Assembly (NCBI RefSeq): GCF_009914755.1
Contig: NC_060925.1
Source: the human T2T-CHM13v2.0 reference genome, Homo sapiens
Direction: 5' to 3' (one strand)
DNA: 64,000 nt
Shown: piece by piece, positions 59,337 through 64,000 of the stretch
Numbering within the stretch: the first letter of the stretch is position 1
Layout of the letters: every line of letters starts with the position of its first letter
The notes under the pieces: model-generated
Seen by the model: only the letters and a program-made list of their open reading frames with translations
What the model was told of the DNA's origin: nothing
Database searches by the model: none
Program-made: the position numbers and the translations under genes

Positions 59337-62300
59337 GAATTCAAAGGAATCATCATCAAATGGAACCGAATGGAATCCTCATTGAATGGAAATGAAAGGG
59401 GTCATCATCTAATGGAATCGCATGGAATCATCATCAAATGGAATCGAATGGAATCATCATCAAATGGAATCTAATGGAATCATTGAACAGAATTGAATGG
59501 AATCGTCATCGAATGAATTGAATGCAATCATCGAATGGTCTCGAATGGAATCATCTTCTAATGGAAAGGAATGGAATCATCGCATAGAATCGAATGGAAT
59601 TATCATCGAATGGAATCGAATGGTATCAACACCAAACGGAAAAAAACGGAATTATCGAATGGAATCGAAGAGAATCTTCGAACGGACCCGAATGGAATCA
59701 TCTAATGGAATGGAATGGAATAATCCATGGACTCGAATGCAATCATCATCGAATGGAATCGAATGGAATCATCGAATGGACTCGAATGGAATAATCATTG
59801 AACGGAATCGATTGGAATCATCATCGGATGGAAACGAATGGAATCATCATCGAATGGAAATGAAAGGAGTCATCATCTAATGGAATTGCATGGAATCATC
59901 ATAAAATGGAATCGAATGGAATCAACATCAAATGGAATCAAATGGAATCATTGAACGGAATTGAATGGAATCGTCATCGAATGAATTGACTGCAATCATC
60001 CAATGGTCTCGAATGGAATCATCTTCAAATGGAATGGAATGGAATCATCGCATAGAATCGAATGGAATTATCATCGAATGGAATCGAATGGAATCAACAT
60101 CAAACGGAAAAAAACAGAATTATCGTATGGAATCGAAGAGAATCATCGAAGGGACCCGAATGGAATCATCTAATGGAATGGAATGGAATAATCCATGGAC
60201 TCGAATGCAATCATCATCGAATGGAATCGAATGGAATCATCGAATGGACTCGAATGGAATAATCATTGAACGGAATCGAATGGAATCATCATCGGATGGA
60301 AATGAATGGAATCATCATCGAATGGAATCGAATAGAATTATGGAATGAAATCCAGTGTGATCATCATCGAATGGACCCGAATGGAATCAACATCCAACTG
60401 AAGCTAATGGAATCAACATCGAATGAATCGAATGGAAACACCATCGAATTGAAACGAATGGAATTATCATGAAATTGAAATGGATGGACTCATCATCGAA
60501 TGGATTCGAATGGAATCATCGAATAAAATTGATTGAAATCATCATCCAATGGAATCGAATGGTATCATTGAATGGAATCGAATGGAATCATCATCAGATG
60601 GAAATGAATGGAATCGTCATAGAATGGAATCGAATGGATTCATTGAATGGAATCAGATGGAATCATCGAATGGACTGGAATGGAATCATTGAATGGACTC
60701 GAAAGGGATCATTATTGAATGGAATTGAATGGAATCATCGAATGGTCTCGATTGGAATCATTATCAAATGGAATCGAATGAAATCACCGAACAGAATCGA
60801 ATGGAACAATCATCGAATGGACTCAAATGGAATTATCCTCCAATGGAATCGAATGGAATTATCGAATGCAATCGAATGGAATTATCGAATGCAATCGAAT
60901 AGAATCATCGAATGGACTCGAATGGAATCATCGAATGGAATGGAATGGAACAGTCAATGAACTCGAATGGAATCATCATTGAATGGAATCGAATGGAATC
61001 ATCGAGTGGAATCGAATGGAATTATGATCAAATGGAATCGAATGTAATCATCATCAAATGGAATCAAAAATAACCATCATCAATTGGTATTGAATGGAAT
61101 TGTCATCAAATGGAATTCAAAGGAATCATCATCAAATGGAACCGAATGGAATCCTCATTGAATGGAAATGAAAGGGGTCATCATCTAATGGAATCGCATG
61201 GAATCATCATCAAATGGAATCGAATGGAATCATCATCAAATGGAATCTAATGGAATCATTGAACAGAATTGAATGGAATCGTGATCGAATGAATTGAATG
61301 CAATCATCGAATGGTCTCGAATGGAATCATCTTCTAATGGAAAGGAATGGAATCATCGCATAGAATCGAATGGAATTATCATCGAATGGAATCGAATGGT
61401 ATCAACACCAAACGGAAAAAAACGGAATTATCGAATTGAATCGAAGAGAATCTTCGAACGGACCCGAATGGAATCATCTAATGGAATGGAATGGAATAAT
61501 CCATGGACTCGAATGCAATCATCATCGAATGGAATCGAATGGAATCATCGAATGGACTCGAATGGAATAATCATTGAACGGAATCGAATGGAATCATCAT
61601 CGGATGGAAACGAATGGAATCATCATCGAATGGAAATGAAAGGAGTCATCATCTAATGGAATTGCATGGAATCATCATAAAATGGAATCGAATGGAATCA
61701 ACATCAAATGGAATCAAATGGAATCATTGAACGGAATTGAATGGAATCGTCATCGAATGAATTGACTGCAATCATCCAATGGTCTCGAATGGAATCATCT
61801 TCAAATGGAATGGAATGGAATCATCGCATAGAATCGAATGGAATTATCATCGAATGGAATCGAATGGTATCAACACCAAACGGAAAAAAACGGAATTATC
61901 GAATTGAATCGAAGAGAATCTTCGAACGGACCCGAATGGAATCATCTAATGGAATGGAATGGAATAATCCATGGACTCGAATGCAATCATCATCGAATGG
62001 AATCGAATGGAATCATCGAATGGACTCGAATGGAATAATCATTGAACGGAATCGAATGGAATCATCATCGGATGGAAATGAATGGAATCATCATCGAATG
62101 GAATCGAATAGAATTATGGAATGAAATCCAGTGTGATCATCATCGAATGGACCCGAATGGAATCATCATCCAACGGAAGCTAATGGAATCAACATCGAAT
62201 GAATCGAATGGAAACACCATCGAATTGAAACGAATGGAATTATCATGAAATTGAAATGGATGGACTCATCATCGAATGGATTCGAATGGAATCATCGAAT

Positions 62301-64000
62301 AAAATTGATTGAAATCATCATCCAATGGAATCGAATGGTATCATTGAATGGAATCGAATGGAATCATCATCAGATGGAAATGAATGGAATCGTCATAGAA
62401 TGGAATCGAATGGATTCATTGAATGGAATCAGATGGAATCATCGAATGGACTGGAATGGAATCATTGAATGGACTCGAAAGGGATCATGATTGAATGGAA
62501 TTGAATGGAATCATCGAATGGTCTCGATTGGAATCATTATCAAATGGAATCGAATGGAATCACCGAATAGAATCGAATGGAACAATCATCGAATGGACTC
62601 AAATGGAATTATCCTCCAATGGAATCGAATGGAATTATCGAATGCAATCGAATGGAATTATCGAATGCAATCGAATAGAATCATCGAATGGACTCGAATG
62701 GAATCATCGAATGGAATGGAATGGAACAGTCAATGAACTCGAATGGAATCATCATTGAATGGAATCGAATGGAATCATCGAGTGGAATCGAATGGAATTA
62801 TGATCAAATGGAATCGAATGTAATCATCATCAAATGGAATCAAAAATAACCATCATCAATTGGTATTGAATGGATTTGTCATCAAATGGAATTCAAAGGA
62901 ATCATCATCAAATGGAACCGAATGGAATCCTCATTGAATGGAAATGAAAGGGGTCATCATCTAATGGAATCGCATGGAATCATCATCAAATGGAATCGAA
63001 TGGAATCATCATCAAATGGAATCTAATGGAATCATTGAACAGAATTGAATGGAATCGTCATCGAATGAATTGAATGCAATCATCGAATGGTCTCGAATGG
63101 AATCATCTTCTAATGGAAAGGAATGGAATCATCGCATAGAATCGAATGGAATTATCATCGAATGGAATCGAATGGTATCAACACCAAACGGAAAAAAACG
63201 GAATTATCGAATGGAATCGAAGAGAATCTTCGAACGGACCCGAATGGAATCATCTAATGGAATGGAATGGAATAATCCATGGACTCGAATGCAATCATCA
63301 TCGAATGGAATCGAATGGAATCATCGAATGGACTCGAATGGAATAATCATTGAACGGAATCGATTGGAATCATCATCGGATGGAAACGAATGGAATCATC
63401 ATCGAATGGAAATGAAAGGAGTCATCATCTAATGGAATTGCATGGAATCATCATAAAATGGAATCGAATGGAATCAACATCAAATGGAATCAAATGGAAT
63501 CATTGAACGGAATTGAATGGAATCGTCATCGAATGAATTGACTGCAATCATCCAATGGTCTCGAATGGAATCATCTTCAAATGGAATGGAATGGAATCAT
63601 CGCATAAAATCGAATGGAATTATCATCGAATGGAATCGAATGGAATCAACATCCAACGGAAAAAAACGGAATTATCGAATGGAATCGAAGAGAATCATCG
63701 AATGGACCCGAATGGAATCATCTAATGGAATGGAATGGAATAATCCATGGACTCGAATGCAATCATCATCGAATGGAATCGAATGGAATCATCGAATGGA
63801 CTCGAATGGAATAATCATTGAACGGAATCGAATGGAATCATCATCGGATGGAAATGAATGGAATCATCATCGAATGGAATCGAATAGAATTATGGAATGA
63901 AATCCAGTGTGATCATCATCGAATGGACCCGAATGGAATCAACATCCAACGGAAGCTAATGGAATCAACATCGAATGAATCGAATGGAAACACCATCGAA

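Larger units (their letters stand above)
1..64000 (+). repeat. Human satellite 2 (HSATII/HSat2) tandem array with a 1776-bp unit; probably the chr1q12 pericentromeric HSat2A2 (D1Z1/pUC1.77-type) array
   Basis: Continuous degenerate (GGAAT/CGAAT) pentamers with ATC/ATCATC inserts; the reverse complement reads CATTCGATTC...GATGAT, the HSat2 signature. TCGA (TaqI) and GANTC (HinfI) sites are very dense. Landmarks recur every 1776 bp (ORF-track anchors 1162, 2938, 6467, 8243, 10019...). The family call is secure. The chr1q12 assignment comes from the known 1.77-kb EcoRI periodicity of that array and is less certain. Confidence 0.97.

Noticed and set aside
16-63900. Hundreds of short + strand ORFs (61-163 aa; MESSSNG/IIEWNRME-type peptides)
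   Set aside because: They are translations of the GGAAT/CGAAT/ATC repeat. They overlap in all three frames, recur every 1776 or 468 bp, gain and lose stops at random, and show no recognisable domain. Not called as CDS.
1-64000. CRISPR-like appearance of short 23-26 bp repeats
   Set aside because: There are no unique spacers: the intervening sequence is the same monomer family and repeats at 1776 bp. No cas genes or leader are present.
1-64000. Satellite 3 (HSat3, e.g. DYZ1 or 9q12) or alpha satellite as the identity
   Set aside because: Perfect (GGAAT)n runs are only about three copies long, and the CGAAT/ATCATC-rich 23/26-bp structure is HSat2-type. There is no 171-bp periodicity, and I saw no CENP-B box.
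1-64000. Heat-shock elements or G-quadruplexes from abundant GAA/GG motifs
   Set aside because: The nGAAn units are almost all head-to-tail rather than alternating inverted arrays, and G-runs of three or more are rare and far apart.
1-64000. A previously undescribed gene-based biological system
   Set aside because: No non-satellite sequence was found on either strand. The only unexplained structure is the pattern of variants and rearrangements among satellite units, reported under findings.

Overview
The whole 64 kb window is one uninterrupted, single-orientation array of human-type classical satellite 2 (HSATII/HSat2), read here on the (GGAAT/CGAAT) strand. It has three nested levels. The smallest is 23- and 26-bp monomers, GGAATCGAATGGAATC(ATC)ATCGAAT. 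Nineteen of these form a 468-bp segment that is tandemly duplicated (copies A and B). The A/B pair sits inside a 1776-bp unit carrying one EcoRI site; there are 36 sites, so 35 complete units. A 1.77-kb EcoRI unit is the hallmark of the chromosome 1q12 array (D1Z1/pUC1.77, HSat2A2); that assignment rests on prior knowledge, not a search. No genes, RNA genes, transposon insertions or inversions were seen, and every ORF in the track is a translation artefact of the repeat. I found no new gene system. The informative signal is the array's history: five length-variant units (1753, 1675, 1775, 2096, 1308 bp), larger indels that always keep monomer phase, an A-to-B conversion tract, and rare shared variants pointing to block duplications at 1, 2, 4, 7 and possibly 20-21 unit offsets. 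Each unit also has two conserved DUX4-type motifs. All comparisons were made by eye and need confirming by alignment.
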